Assembly: GCA_965235115.1 (NCBI GenBank)
Contig: OZ249440.1
Location: 35,590,001-35,654,000, forward strand
Direction of reading: 5' to 3'
Length of the DNA stretch: 64,000 nt
From: Laetmonice hystrix
Lineage: Eukaryota
Shown piece after piece: positions 51,507 to 63,522 of the stretch (position 1 is the first letter of the stretch; each line of letters begins with the position of its first letter). A program made the position numbers and the translations under genes. The notes beneath the pieces are model-generated. The model saw only the letters and a list, made by a program, of their open reading frames with translations. It did no database searches and was not told the origin of the DNA.

Positions 51507-53340
51507 TTTTTAGCCCCCAAACCCATCGGGTTTTAAGGGCTTATGATTCACCCTCTGTCCGTCCGTCCGTACGTCGGTCCGTGAACAGCGATATCTCAGA
51601 AACGTGCGGAACAATCATTTTCATATTTAAACACAAGATCAGGTACCATCCTGGCATGATGCACGTCAAAGGATTTTTTGATACGATCCAAGATGGCCGC
51701 CTGGCAGCCATATTGGTGAAATAAACATTTACAGCGATATCTCTGTTAAAAGAATACCATTTTCATTCAAACTTGGCACAACGATAGGGGTTCATGGGGC
51801 AAACATACACGTCATTTTGTTTTCATTTCGGATCCAATATGGCCGATCGGCAGCCATGTTTGTGTTGTTAGCAATGTCATTAGACTTTAGTGGCGTATAA
51901 CTTGACAATGGGGCGAGGTGTGGGTAAAGTTACTATGGGGAGCGAATAGGAAGTCATATATGAGGAATCTTTTGACACCATTATATTTGACCTTGGGTTG
52001 ACATTTCAAGGTCATTTGAGGTCAGCTGTTTTTTAAGGATCACTATGTCAGAAATGGTGTTCTTCAAGTCCTTTAGTGCTACGATGCATTATGCAAAGGG
52101 AGACTTATATTACAATTCACCATGATCAGGATTTTGAAGAGTGCGTCCAAGATGGCCGCTCGACAGCCATATTGGCAAAATAGACATATACAGGCATATC
52201 TCTGTTAAAAGAATACCATTTTCATTCAAACTTGGCACAACGATAAGGGTTCATGGGGCAAACATACACGTCATTTTGTTGTCAGTTTTGATCCAATATG
52301 GCCGATCGGCAGCCATGTTTGTGTTGTTGGCAATGTCATTAGACTTTAGCGGCGTATAACTTGACAATGGGGCGAGGTGTGGGTAAAGTTACTATGGGGA
52401 GCGAATAGGAAGTCATATATGAGGAATCTTTTGACACCATTATATTTGACCTTGGGTTGACATTTCAAGGTCATTTGAGGTCAGGTGTTATTTATAGATT
52501 AGGAAGTCATATAATTATGAAGTTTCATTTGGCGCCATTTTCCATGACCGTGAGCGACCTTGAAAGGTCAATCAAGGTCATAAATTTTTTCAATAGCCTG
52601 GATCTTCAAAACAGTTGAAGATGCAGGTCAATGATATTTTTGACATCAGTCAAAATGGCCGTGTGGTGGCCATCTTGGATATAAGCACATTTGGAGCAAT
52701 ACCTCAGACAAAACGATCCTGATGTCTTTAAAATTTGGTGGAAAGAAGGTGCATATGAGGGGCAATGTGTGTGCCAATACATTGCCAGATCAGAGCAAAT
52801 ATGGCGACATGGCGGCCATGTTAATACCCCCCCCCCCCCCCAATAACACTGTTTTGGCTCATATCTCGAAAACGGTGCAATATAAGGCAATAGTTACTAT
52901 TATTGACAGATAGGAAGTCATATATGAAGTTTGATTTGGCGCCATTTTCCATGACCTTGAGCGACCTTGAAAGGTCATGCATATTTTAATGGCCTGTACC
53001 TCCAAACCAGTTGAAGATAACAGCATCTAATCTTGCCTGAAACATTACATAATAACCAGGGACAGTCTATAGGGAGGACACAGGTCAAACATATCATTAA
53101 AAATGGCTGCTTCGTGGCCATCTTGGATATAAAGAAATTCGAAGCAATAACTCTGACATTTTCTGGATTTCGTTCTTGCTGACAGAAAGCATGAGGGGTA
53201 ACAAGCGTGCCAAAAGTACAAAGACTAGTTCATCGCTATGTCTATAATGGGGCAAACGTCACAGACATGCTGAGCCATACAAACGTCATAGTTACTATTG
53301 TCTATTGTTAGGGATCTCTGGGTCTTTTCAAAAGTTATTT
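51507..53340 (+). mobile_element. Helentron-associated (HINE/DINE-like) non-autonomous element with internal tandem repeats
   Basis: T-run insertion site, ttttagcccc sub-TIR, (GTCC)n microsatellite, caagatggccgc and ataggaagtcatat motifs, duplicated units of about 459 and 410 bp; right end approximate. Confidence 0.65.
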
Positions 53341-54200
53341 ATATAATCAAAATTTATTGAACTAAATACATCTGAAAGCATTTGTGCAATGTATACCCAA
53401 ATTATGAGACCAGTTATTTAAATAATAGTGCGAAAAAAACGTTTGTTTATCGTGACCGTTACCACTGTGGTATTGACCCCGTCATGTTTGTTGTCACTAC
53501 ACGAGGACGTATAGTCGTAGGCCCTACACTACAGTTAACCCATCAAGATTATCCTTGATTTTGCAGGTTTAAAGGTAAAAAGAACTTACATCTATATAAG
53601 TAAATCTATAATATAATGTTTGAAATGTTATTATATGAAGTAACCCGTTTAAATTTCACATAGATCCAGCTGAATTTGAGCAAATTGAAGTTTAGAGCAT
53701 GTGTACTCAGTCTAGACGTCAAGCACTTGCTGAGTGAGTTTCGAGTGTGCCACACGCTCACGTGGTCACTTTGGTCTTGTAGCCAAGGATTTGGCTTTAC
53801 TAAACCTTCTATATCTCTGGTTATATTCAAAGGATTACAATTTAGTAACCAGTTTTTGAAATTTCGGGTCATGGGCTATCAAGTGAATATAAAATCTCAA
53901 AATCGATTTTTTGACGGGATAGACTGGAAATCGCGTGTGCTGTCACATAGGGGTATCTAACAGCACGCATAAATGAAACGCCAGTTATTTCACTGTTATG
54001 GGTAATTTACATAAGCCGAACTTTTAAAATAATTATTTAGGCCATATTGTTATAACATAGTGTAGAAACTTGATGATATGGATCAAAACATTCTGACAAT
54101 GGCCGGAAAGGAAGTTTACGTTTTATGCATGTGCCACCTATAGTACTGGGAGTGTTGTGTTCGCTAGAGACATCTCCATCCTCGTGGTCCTCTCCATCAG

Positions 54201-54603
54201 TGAGTGAGTGAGTGAGTAGTGGTGGTTTTGCGCCTTGTCGGCGTCTGGGGCCATATTCACGGCGAAAACAGAGTTATAAGACCATAAAACCAAAGGAACC
54301 TATTTTATCCCGGGTCCCAACGGGAACACCACCAAAACACATCTATAAAAGAGTCAGAAGTCCAGCCTCTGACAAGAACTCCAAAATCACTCCTGGTCTG
54401 ATATTGCTAAAAAGATCCTTAAGACTCGTCTCATTATAAAACCTTTGTCTGATGAGAGTAAAATCACCACATTCAAGTAAAAGATGCTTCAGTGTCAAAG
54501 GACATTGACAGCCATGACATTCTGGAGGTGGCTCCCCCTTCAATAAAAACACATGAGTTAATCTAGAATGACCAACTCTGCATCGAGTAAAAACAATTTC
54601 ATT
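54201..54603 (-). mobile_element. 5'-truncated I-group LINE copy in a MADF-BESS exon
   Basis: 10-bp TSD tctccatcag at 54191-54200 and 54604-54613. Confidence 0.95.
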
Positions 54604-56899
54604 TCTCCATCAGAATTGTCATCATTGCTTTCTTCACTTGAATAATTTCCTGATGTCCTAAAAATAATATACATTGTGAATAAATAAATTATTCTTGTTA
54701 CCTTTGCAGAATTTCGAAATGAAAAATAATATCTGTGGTAGATGTTTTAAAACAATATCAGGTCAGATAATCAAATGTGCATAATTTAATACTGCACATT
54801 AAAGAAGCAAATGAGAAAGGACATGTAAAAATAAGACATTCGCACTATTCATTACATATATACTGTAAAAATAAGACATTCGCACTATTCATTACATATA
54901 TACTTTAAACTATCATGTATCATTATGCTATTACATAATGTATTACATGTAATTAATTATATTCTGTTACAAAAGGGATTTTTCTAAACTAAAGGCATCT
55001 TGGCTGCATATAACTTACTCTCTCTTTTCCCGTGCCTCCTTTAGGAAGAACATGTCCTTAAAATATCTCCACGGTGTCCTCTTTGTGATTGCACTCCCAC
55101 TCTTTTGTTCAGTGTCCTGCTTCTTTAGTTCTCTGTTGAATGCATACCACAAATTATACCATCGCATCTTTGCGTCAGGGATTGGTACAAAATAAAACAA
55201 AGAACATTATCAAATATTTGAATAGTGACAACATAGCAAGCTAGTTAAAATAATTTAAAAATTTGTTCTTCTTTCAGATATTTGGCATCAGGTGACTCCT
55301 TTACATCTCTAGCATACAGATATCATATGGGGATATCAACCATCGCAGAAATTGTTCCTGAAACATGTGAGGCTATCTTCAATATGTTGAAGGACAGCTA
55401 CATGAAGAAGAAAACGACCGAGGACTGGATTGATGCAACAGATTTTCGTGAAAAGTGGAATTTCCCCAATTGCATTGGGGCACTGGACGGAAAACATGTT
55501 CGTATAACTGCACCGAAGCATTCCGGTTCCTCCTACTTCAACTACAAAAGGTTTTTCTCTATGGTGCTTCTGGCATTAGTAGATGCGAAGTACCGCTTCA
55601 TCATGATTGATGTAGGTGCATATGACCATTTTTCATGAAATTGGTGCAACTAGGCCCCAGAGGGGGTCTGAGACAAATGTGGCAATACAGCAAAAACTTC
55701 GTGTGTGCATGTAGGGTAGGAATAGGGATATACTGGTAGGCCTATGTTGGTTAAAATAGTTAAATATGAAAACTGTTGCCATGGCAACCAAGCGAAGATG
55801 ATGCTCAGAAATCGTGTGTGTGAACCTCACCATTAAGGGCCCATAGAGGCAAAAACCTCCCAGAAATAAAATATATTTGTGTTTTAACACACAATAAAAT
55901 TATACATATCCTCTGGATATCTGTTAATTCTAGAAAAAAGGAGACATCTGCAGGGGGCCAAAATATGGGATTTTAAAATATTTTCAGTAACCTAAAATTT
56001 CTCAATTTGCCACTTTGCCCCAGAAGTAATTATGAACTCTTAGAAGAAATTTAAACCCATTGAGTAATGTGGCCAGATGTTATCTTTACATTAGTCCATG
56101 TGTTGCAGTGCCATACCTGTACAATTTCATGCAATGGCCCCATGGTAAAAAGTTTGTTAATGGTGAGGTTCACACACGCAATCTTTGTTTAACCTTATGT
56201 TACTAAGTAGAATGAATATTAATGACCTGCTTGAGCTCATTACAATATTATCAAAGTAGATTCCATTTTTGAAGTTTTTGATTATAGAATACGTGGCCTG
56301 ACTCTTATAGGAGTCTTATCTTATATGAAATATTTTGCTGATTTTGCTCTTTTTTGCTTATCCAGAGGGCAGAATTTACAAAAAAATATGCCAAAGTCCT
56401 CCATTTTTCACTTTTAAGCTGGTACCAAACAAGAAATAGAGGTCTTTAAGTAAATTCTGCTATATGATAATAATAAACTGACTTCTTTCCTTTCCTATTG
56501 GTTGGTTTTTGTATAGCTTTAAGATGTGACAACTGACATAGGCTTGATTCAGTGAAAAAAAACCTTAGTGGTGAGGTTCTCACATGAATACTTAAAACTC
56601 CTGAGAGCACTGTGTACATGTCCACTAGACTCCCTGACATCAATTTCATATAACCAACTCTTTTTTTCAATACTAAATGTGAGAAAAGTAAGGAATAGTA
56701 AGGAATATTTTGAACTTTGTTGGCAACGAACCAACTTTGGGGAAAATTTTTATTTAGCTAATTAGCCTGAATTAGCTTAATGAAAAATAACTTTTGAACC
56801 AGGAGGCCTAGAATCATGAACGAAGACACTTTTTCCCCATGGAATGGAATGGAATGCCCATGTAGGGATCCACCTTGACTTTTAGAACACCCAAGTTCT

Positions 56900-57275
56900 G
56901 CTTGACATCTCTGCTTGACATCTGTGCTTCAGATGGCAGAGAGTGACCACTTCTCCGTAATAATTCAATATAAAGGACCCAACACAGGGGAAAAACAACC
57001 AAGGTGGCAACTTAAAAAAGGTAACTGGCACGGCTTTCAGACCCTCTGCCGGGAGCAATACAGCAGACAACATAAATGATCCTGATGCAATGGATCATTT
57101 CACATCTTTTTAATCTCCATTGCAGACAGGACAATTTCTAAATCCTCGACAATTCCTAAACACGTCCATGATTTAATGACGAATGTAAGCAGGCATTTTA
57201 AGACAAGAAAAAAGCACAACAGGCATCCAAATTTAGTGAACCTTCCTGATTTTGCAATCAGGAGAGGGCGGGCAC
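56900..57275 (+). pseudogene. Old, diverged internal fragment of the I-group LINE ORF2
   Basis: Aligns by eye to SDHF...GEKQQRWQLKK...KHVSNPWFNDECKQA of ORF 29653-31881. Confidence 0.8.
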
Positions 57276-57288
57276 CCCGTTCCAACTA

Positions 57289-57821
57289 CAGGGTCTGCCA
57301 AATCCCCCAGAAATGTGGTTGCCCAGTGGGCAACCACAAATTCAAAAGTGGTTGTCCGACAAATAGAACTGGCTGCCCAGGATTTTTTGGTTAAAATATA
57401 AAGAAAAGTTTGATTCACAAAAAATAATTTTATTTGCCTCAAAAACGTGAAAAGCATTTTCACACCCCTACCTTATGGCCATCAAGATGGCGATAGCCTG
57501 GGTTATCTGTCAGCCAGTGGTCTATTGCAGTGTCTGGGCAAAAAATCCTCAAACTTTGGCCCATCAACTGCAAACGTTATTTGGTCCACCGACTCTGAAC
57601 TGTCAGCACCAACAATCAACATCACTCAGTCACTCTCATGCTCAGATGCTGGCTGCCGGCAACACATAGGCTTCAGCCCAACCCCAGGGCCAGGCACACA
57701 TGATGTCATGTGACATGTACTGATGTAGTCGCTCGACGGGCGCCCAGTCTATTCAATCCAGTTGCCCGGACCAAAATTCTGGTTGTCCCGGGCGCTCGGT
57801 CCCTCGATTTGGCGGACCCTG
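57289..57821. mobile_element. hAT-like MITE with a 5-bp flanking duplication
   Basis: 16-bp TIR cagggtc(t/c)gccaaatc, subterminal ttgccc motifs, aacta on both sides. Confidence 0.8.
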
Positions 57822-57826
57822 AACTA

Positions 57827-59029
57827 TGAGTCGGCCTTGTTTTCCAAGATGGCGGACGGCAGCCATCTTAAATTTCATAAAACATGGTCCCTTTTTTATT
57901 AAACTTGTACTGTTTGTTGGATGTGTTTCACTATATTAGGCTAAACCTTTATTAAGGGGGTTAGCAATGGTCAAAAAGTATGATTATAGGTAATTTCAGT
58001 CTACTGTTTCCGATCTCGTGGTCTAATAAAGATGACTTTAGACCTCAGACCTCTTTTTCTTTTAAAATTTCATGACGTAATTCACCTATTCTAGATAAGA
58101 CCTTCGTACTTATTCAGCTGTGTGTCTCAATAGCTGAGTGTGTAACAGACTCAACCGATAAGCTTGAAATCACGGGTTAGAGTCCCAATAAGGAAAGGTA
58201 TTTTTATCTGAAATTGGTCTTATTCTAAACGTCAAAATGCAACTTTTGATATTTAGAAAAACTATTGAGCTATATTATTTTGTCGATTTGATGGTCAGTC
58301 ATATGACCTAAAAGATGGGTTCTATGGCCATTATACCAGAAATCGGTCTCTTGCAGTTTTCAAGAGACCTTTATGAAAATATTTGTGCTTAAAGCAGGTG
58401 GGATGTTGAGACAAATTTATGACAATTTTCTCCTGTGACGTCACTGTTATGTGTCGCGACTTCATCCATCTATGCTAGATAGGATCTTAGTACCGCTTCA
58501 GTTGTGAGTCTCAATAGCCGATTGGGTAACATACCCATCAGACAGGCTGTAGATCATGGGTTCGAATTCCGCTATGGAAAAGTATTTTTATCAGATACTT
58601 TTCGTACTGTAAACGTCCAAATGCAAATTTTCATAGTTAGAAAAACTATTGAGCTATATATATTTTTTTCAATTTGATGGTCACTCATAGGACCTAAAGG
58701 AGGGGCTCTGTGGCCATTTTACCAGAAATCAATCATATGTCTTGCTGTTTTCAACAGATGAAACTAGTTGTGCTTTTGACCTAAATTTTGGCACACAAAA
58801 TTATTGAACTGCAAATTATTCTGAAAACCAACCCCACAGCTGACCGCAGATTCCAATGAGTTCCCATACATTGTGGGGTTTAGCCGAATTCTAGTTTAAA
58901 TTTGTTGATAGAAGTTACGTTCTCCATATCAATCTTCGTCGTGTAGCCTATGGGTCAACAGGCTTACAAAATGTCTGTATATATTTTAGGGAAATGTGAT
59001 CAATGATTGCAGGCAATCATGCTGACTAG
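57827..59029 (+). mobile_element. Helitron-like 3' portion with two tRNA-derived (A/B box) tandem units
   Basis: Hairpin atgattgc-ag-gcaatcat at 59003-59020, then CTAG|T; units at about 58105-58400 and 58490-58760 with tagccgattgg and ggttcgaattcc. Confidence 0.55.
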
Positions 59030-60471
59030 TTTTTTTCTCATGTATAAGGACTGTTTTACACAGGTTTTCATGGGATTCGTTTTCGGGTTTGGGGGAGGCT
59101 TCTTGTAGTCTTTCATAGCTCCAAGTCACTATAGGTGATAACATTCACACAGACTTGGGCTACTAACAAACACATGCTGGTGACAGCAACATTATAATCA
59201 GCTATAATGTTAATGGTGAGGTTCGCACATGCAGTAAATGGCGAGGTTCACACATATTTTGAAACTGCTCGATACCCTGGTAACCACAGAATCAGCACTA
59301 TACAAAGTCCTTTTGTTGAAATTATATGTTCATACTAAGATAAATTTTGAGTATGGTCTCCACAGATAAATATGATAATTGTGCCAGATATTAATAAAAA
59401 ATAAATAATATTATTATAAATGGTGAGGTTCGCACACAGTGAAAATAGGGCCCCTGACTTGGGTGCTTTTTATGCTGTACTACATAAAAGGCAATGGATA
59501 TTTTCAAATTTTTAAAAGTTTATTTACAGAAATAGATATCAGGCTCACTTATAAAAACTTTATCATATCACTTGCTTTCATACATATTATGGGATAGTGG
59601 TAAATGTCTTAGTGGTGAGGCTCATGCATGGAAATTTCACCACTTTTCTTTTTTGCCCAGTTTCCACAATTTTCAGAAAAAAAATGTCCAAAACTACTTC
59701 AAACAGGGGAAAGTATGCAAAACCACCATATAAGGTATGGGAATGCACTAAGGATTTTTTGTTACCTATGAAAATTGATTTTAGTGATTTTTTGGGGTAA
59801 AAATAGTCAAATTTTGCATGTTTTTGGCGCTGATATGTTAAATATTGATACCAGATAGTTAAAAGTGGGGTGCACAGGCAAGATCTCATTGAGCCTGACC
59901 GACTGAAAGAAAAAAATATTATTTACAAAGAGTTAGGTAGATTCTGCAGGTCAAAAAAGCAAAAAATTGCTAGTTGCAACTGTCAGCGCTATTTTTGTGG
60001 CAGAGCCGTGGCGGGGGTTCCCCTTGGAAAATTCCCTCAATGACGTTTTGTTTCTGTTTGCGGGAACGAGCCTCTTCGCCATTTTCAAAACATTTCTGAG
60101 CGCTGGGAGACATTTGCTGCTCGTCGGCGGGTTGGGCCGGTTTCTCGCTTCTGGGATGGCCGGAGCCTAGTGTTTGAAGCTTTGAAGTGATTGTTTATTC
60201 CTGCAGTTATCATGATGTAATGTAAGTACCATGAACTATGTGTAAAGCTGGAAAATATTTGGTCAGAGCAGGGCAAGTAGTAGCCCAATTTTACTTGCCC
60301 GACTTATTTTTCACTTGCCCAATTTCATTTGTAGAACTTTGACTGAAATTAAACTGAATTCTCTACTTATTTATTAAAGGTATTTAATAAAATAGGAATG
60401 AAACAAAAGCCTCGTTTTTATTGTTTTATCATAGAAACTGTGATCTGTTTATTAGTGACAAGTCTTATCAA

Positions 60472-63400
60472 TTAAATCTTAGTGCATTGTCTCTTGGGTC
60501 CATTTTCTGCAAGAAGGAAGTGGTGTACTGCAGGCCCAGGGTTGAACTTGTCTAGATCAGGTGTTTGCAGTTTGATTCGCATCAAGTCTGACAGAGTGTC
60601 TTGCCTGAGGGCAATCTAATTAAAATTAGATCTTGGTATTCCGCGTCTCTCTCGGCTGTGTCGGTGCTGGCTGCGCTCCATACCTAGATCTAAGGACATC
60701 CCATTAGGGGTCACCTCAGGTTGACCTCGGGATTCAGCCAATCAGCGAGCCGCCTACGAAATCTTCGGTGTGCGCTGTAGGCATTTTCAACGGCACACTT
60801 GAATCTGGGTCAAAGGTCAGCCTGAGGTGACCCCATACGGGATGCCGTTAGATCCTAGTATGTAGCGCATGCGAAATAACTAAGATCTAATTTTAATTAG
60901 ATTGGCCTGAGGGCAGTACGTCTTTTGTTTTTGATAACATTCATAGCACTGAATCCCCTCTCAACCTGTGCTGTTGTTGGAGAGAGTGCCAGCATGATCT
61001 CTATTAAAGCGAGAATGTTTTCCAGCCCTGATGCCTGGCAGCCATCCAGCAGACTAGAAAAGATGTCAGGAGTGGGCATAATGACCTTCTTTCTCCTGAT
61101 GGCCAGTTTGATCTCCAACCATTCCTCCATCACCTTGTTGAGGGTAGCATCCTCACCTCCAGGAAGCAACTGGCCAAAGTGATTGACGAGATCTTCTATC
61201 TCCTGTTTGCCATAACAAAGAAGGGCAGACTTCTCACTAGGTACATCCTTTGGGTCAAATACCTGGAAGGAGGACATTGGTGGTTTTTGCAGCGAGGCAA
61301 ATCTTTTGTCCATGTACTCAATGGACAGAGTGATGGCTTTCTTCATTTTGTCTTCAACTGAAGTAGTACTGCCTGCAGTGAAGACACAGATGGTTTGTTT
61401 GTCATCCAGGCCACATCTGAGCTTACCTTTCTCTCTCTCAAAATTCACTTGAAACTTTTTGTACATTTGGCCACTGTCAGGGGTCTCCTTCAGCTCTAGC
61501 AGCCTCAGCATTGCCTTCTCCAGCTTTTGGATCACATCAGTGATCAACAGATCATTCCGTTGGAATTCCTTGCTTAGGTTTGAAAACACCTCCAGGATAT
61601 CAACTAAAAAGTACATGCCTTGAAGAGTTTTGGCAGTTGTTAGCTTCTTAACAATGCCTTTGGCTCGGTTGCCATCTTCACCTTTGTTGTGGGAAGTATT
61701 CTCTAAATGTGCCACAGTGGCTGGAAGATGGGACAGAAGAACTGAGATTGCTTTATGCCTGCTGGCAAGCCAACGAACTTGCCCAGAGAAATAGACAGGG
61801 TGCTCTTCCAGGACCTCTGCAACCTTGTTGACCTCTCTTCTCTTTAAAGGAGAGCAGAAGTAGAACTTGTAGATGGACTTCACCAGCTCCTCTATCTGGT
61901 CCACTTCAGGCATTTTCTTCATGGTGTCAAGAATGGCTAACTCTAGATTGTGTGCTACACAGTGGATGGCAACAGAGGCAGGAAAGTCATTCTTGTAGAG
62001 TGTGGCAACCCCATTTTTGCAACCCATCATGACAGCAGCTCCATCAAAATTCAAACCAACAAGTTTGTGCTGCAAGATTTCCTTGTCAACTCCACATACA
62101 GCAAGTGCCTTATCAATGGCTGCCTTGACATCAACTGCCTTTCCCGATTCACTTGCAACAATATCCACAAAGCTGGTCACAGGTCTTCCATCCCTGATAT
62201 AGCGAACAAAAACACTTTCCTGTTCTATAATGGCTGAGTCAGTGGACACATCAGCTAATATTGAGATGTATTTGGCCTGTTGAAGATCTTCTGCAATGTT
62301 TTGTGTCACAACTTCTGCAATACTTTTGGTGAACTCCCGACACCCCTTGTCATTGTGGTACAGTGTTCCCATGTCAAGACCATTTTTTTCCTGCAGCTTC
62401 AGTAGGCTTGGGAACATAGAGAATGGTAATGCTTCATGTGCCACCATATGAGCCGTGTTGACAAGGGAAGTGATTCGCTTGTATTGTTTTTCATCAATTT
62501 GGATGGCTTGCCTAGAAAAGGCTTTCGTAAGTGGGGCAGCACCAGGTGCTGCCTTCACATCTAAACGTGCCTTACAGTTTTGGTGTTTCCTGGAATTGTT
62601 GTGGGTAACCAGAGTCTCTCTCCTTAGGTTGCCTGACACCCCCTTCACCAAATGACTGGAAGGGTCAGAAGTATATGGAAACTGTCTACACCATGTACAG
62701 CTCATAACCCCACTCTCAGTGTCATAATGTAACCATGGAAAGTCATTTTTCCAGCTTTCCTGGAAGGCCCGTACACGTTTCTCTTCATAGCACCTCTTAG
62801 GGTTAGCAGATTCTGCTGTCAGATCTTTCTTTTCCAGTGGGCGTTTCTTTCCTGCATGTTCACTGGTACTTTTCCTCTGAAGTATTTGTTGTTCCATCTG
62901 GTTCAATGCAGGGTCCTTTTCATGGTCACACTTATCAGTGATTGTTGGGACTGGATTATCACCGTCTGGAAAATAACGTCACACTTGCATTGATAAACAT
63001 GGCAGAGTAGAAGAAATATATGGCATCACCCCGGGAATCAGAACAAATAAAAATAAATTTAGGCCTATAAATCACATGATTTAATTTAATAAAGACAAAT
63101 CTACATATCAGTAGGCCTATTAAAAAAAGATAAATTGAAATAAATTGTGTTGAATTAACAACTGAAAGGGCACTGGGGGCACGTGTTCCCCGATTTTTTT
63201 AACAGATTATAAAGTGCCATACCAGCCCCTAGTCCCCCCACCCTAAGTCTACAGAGCCTAGTTTAAATTAAACGGCATAATTTAGGGGCTGTCCATGAAT
63301 TACCTAACACGAAGGGTGGTGGTGGCAGATAGGATTCTGTTACAAACCCATTACAGAATTCAGAAAACATTATGCTTTTTTTATGGGGGTGGGAGTCTTT

Positions 63401-63522
63401 AAAATAACCAGGCCAGCCCCTTACTTTAGCTGTCTAACTTTAGGCCTAAGTTTAACATAAGATTTTGGCTACTTACCACTGGTACTGCTCTTTTTGGTGA
63501 AGCCACACTTCAACAGAGACAT
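60472..63522 (-). pseudogene. hAT transposase, ZNF862-like (TTF-type zinc finger, DUF4371-like region, dimerisation domain), 2 exons, MITE-interrupted
   Basis: Exon 63522-63477 splices in phase to 62965; W...FPWL..C..C..H..S..H, ADVSTD, FDGAAVM, HCVAH, RW and TAQVERGFS; the C-terminus resumes at 60602 and ends at 60472. Confidence 0.9.
60612..60904. mobile_element. MITE (293 bp) with a 9-bp TSD
   Basis: TIR caatctaattaaaattagatctt; gcctgaggg at 60603-60611 and 60905-60913; excision restores RTALRQDTL. Confidence 0.9.

Larger units (their letters stand above)
46380..53946 (+). mobile_element. Autonomous-looking DDE transposon (hAT/Kolobok-like) with a 5-bp TSD
   Basis: 29-bp TIR gtgac(g/a)gcacacgcgatttccag(c/t)ctatc; atagg at 46375-46379 and 53947-53951. 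Confidence 0.85.
33251..54143 (+). mobile_element. IS630-Tc1-mariner transposon, Sailor-like (long DDxE spacing), expanded to 21 kb
   Basis: About 29-bp TIRs (ctataggtcgcgcacgcataaaacgtaaa and its complement, 3 mismatches); flanks CA and TA (a mutated TA TSD); excision restores the MADF-BESS frame. Confidence 0.85.
32782..55175 (-). pseudogene. Harbinger accessory MADF-BESS gene (exon about 55175-55019; exon 54657-54604 + 54190-54144 + 33248-32782)
   Basis: MADF end RWYNL..FNRELKK...KSGS...WRYF.DM.FL; BESS DDPDVNFLMSLLGDIRSM.PAQKRRFKIKV; one open frame after removing the insertions. Confidence 0.8.
27671..55624 (+). mobile_element. Harbinger/PIF transposon expanded by nested insertions; right end not found
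   Basis: Left end gctggttccacacc with (caagacaacga)-type subterminal repeats; transposase and MADF-BESS genes can be rebuilt across the insertions. Confidence 0.75.
27890..55624 (+). pseudogene. Harbinger (DDE_Tnp_4) transposase: exon 1 at 27890-28166 plus 32250-32262, exon 2 at 55278 to about 55624
   Basis: WVHP..R...GEY, YMRM...F..LL, PAERLAVTIR|YLASGDSF, FPNCIGALDGKH, YFNYK.FFS.VL.ALVDA.YRF..IDVGAY; the splice phase matches (AG|A). Confidence 0.85.
55624..59980. mobile_element. Unclassified non-autonomous element interrupting the Harbinger transposase
   Basis: About seven copies of tggtgaggttc(a/g)cac, one inverted near the left end; weak terminal match tgcaactag/ctagttgca; boundaries approximate. 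Confidence 0.45.

Noticed and set aside
60897..62906. Domesticated host gene ZNF862
   Set aside because: No KRAB domain, hAT-type subterminal motifs nearby and a MITE disruption point to a transposon copy; no gene symbol assigned.
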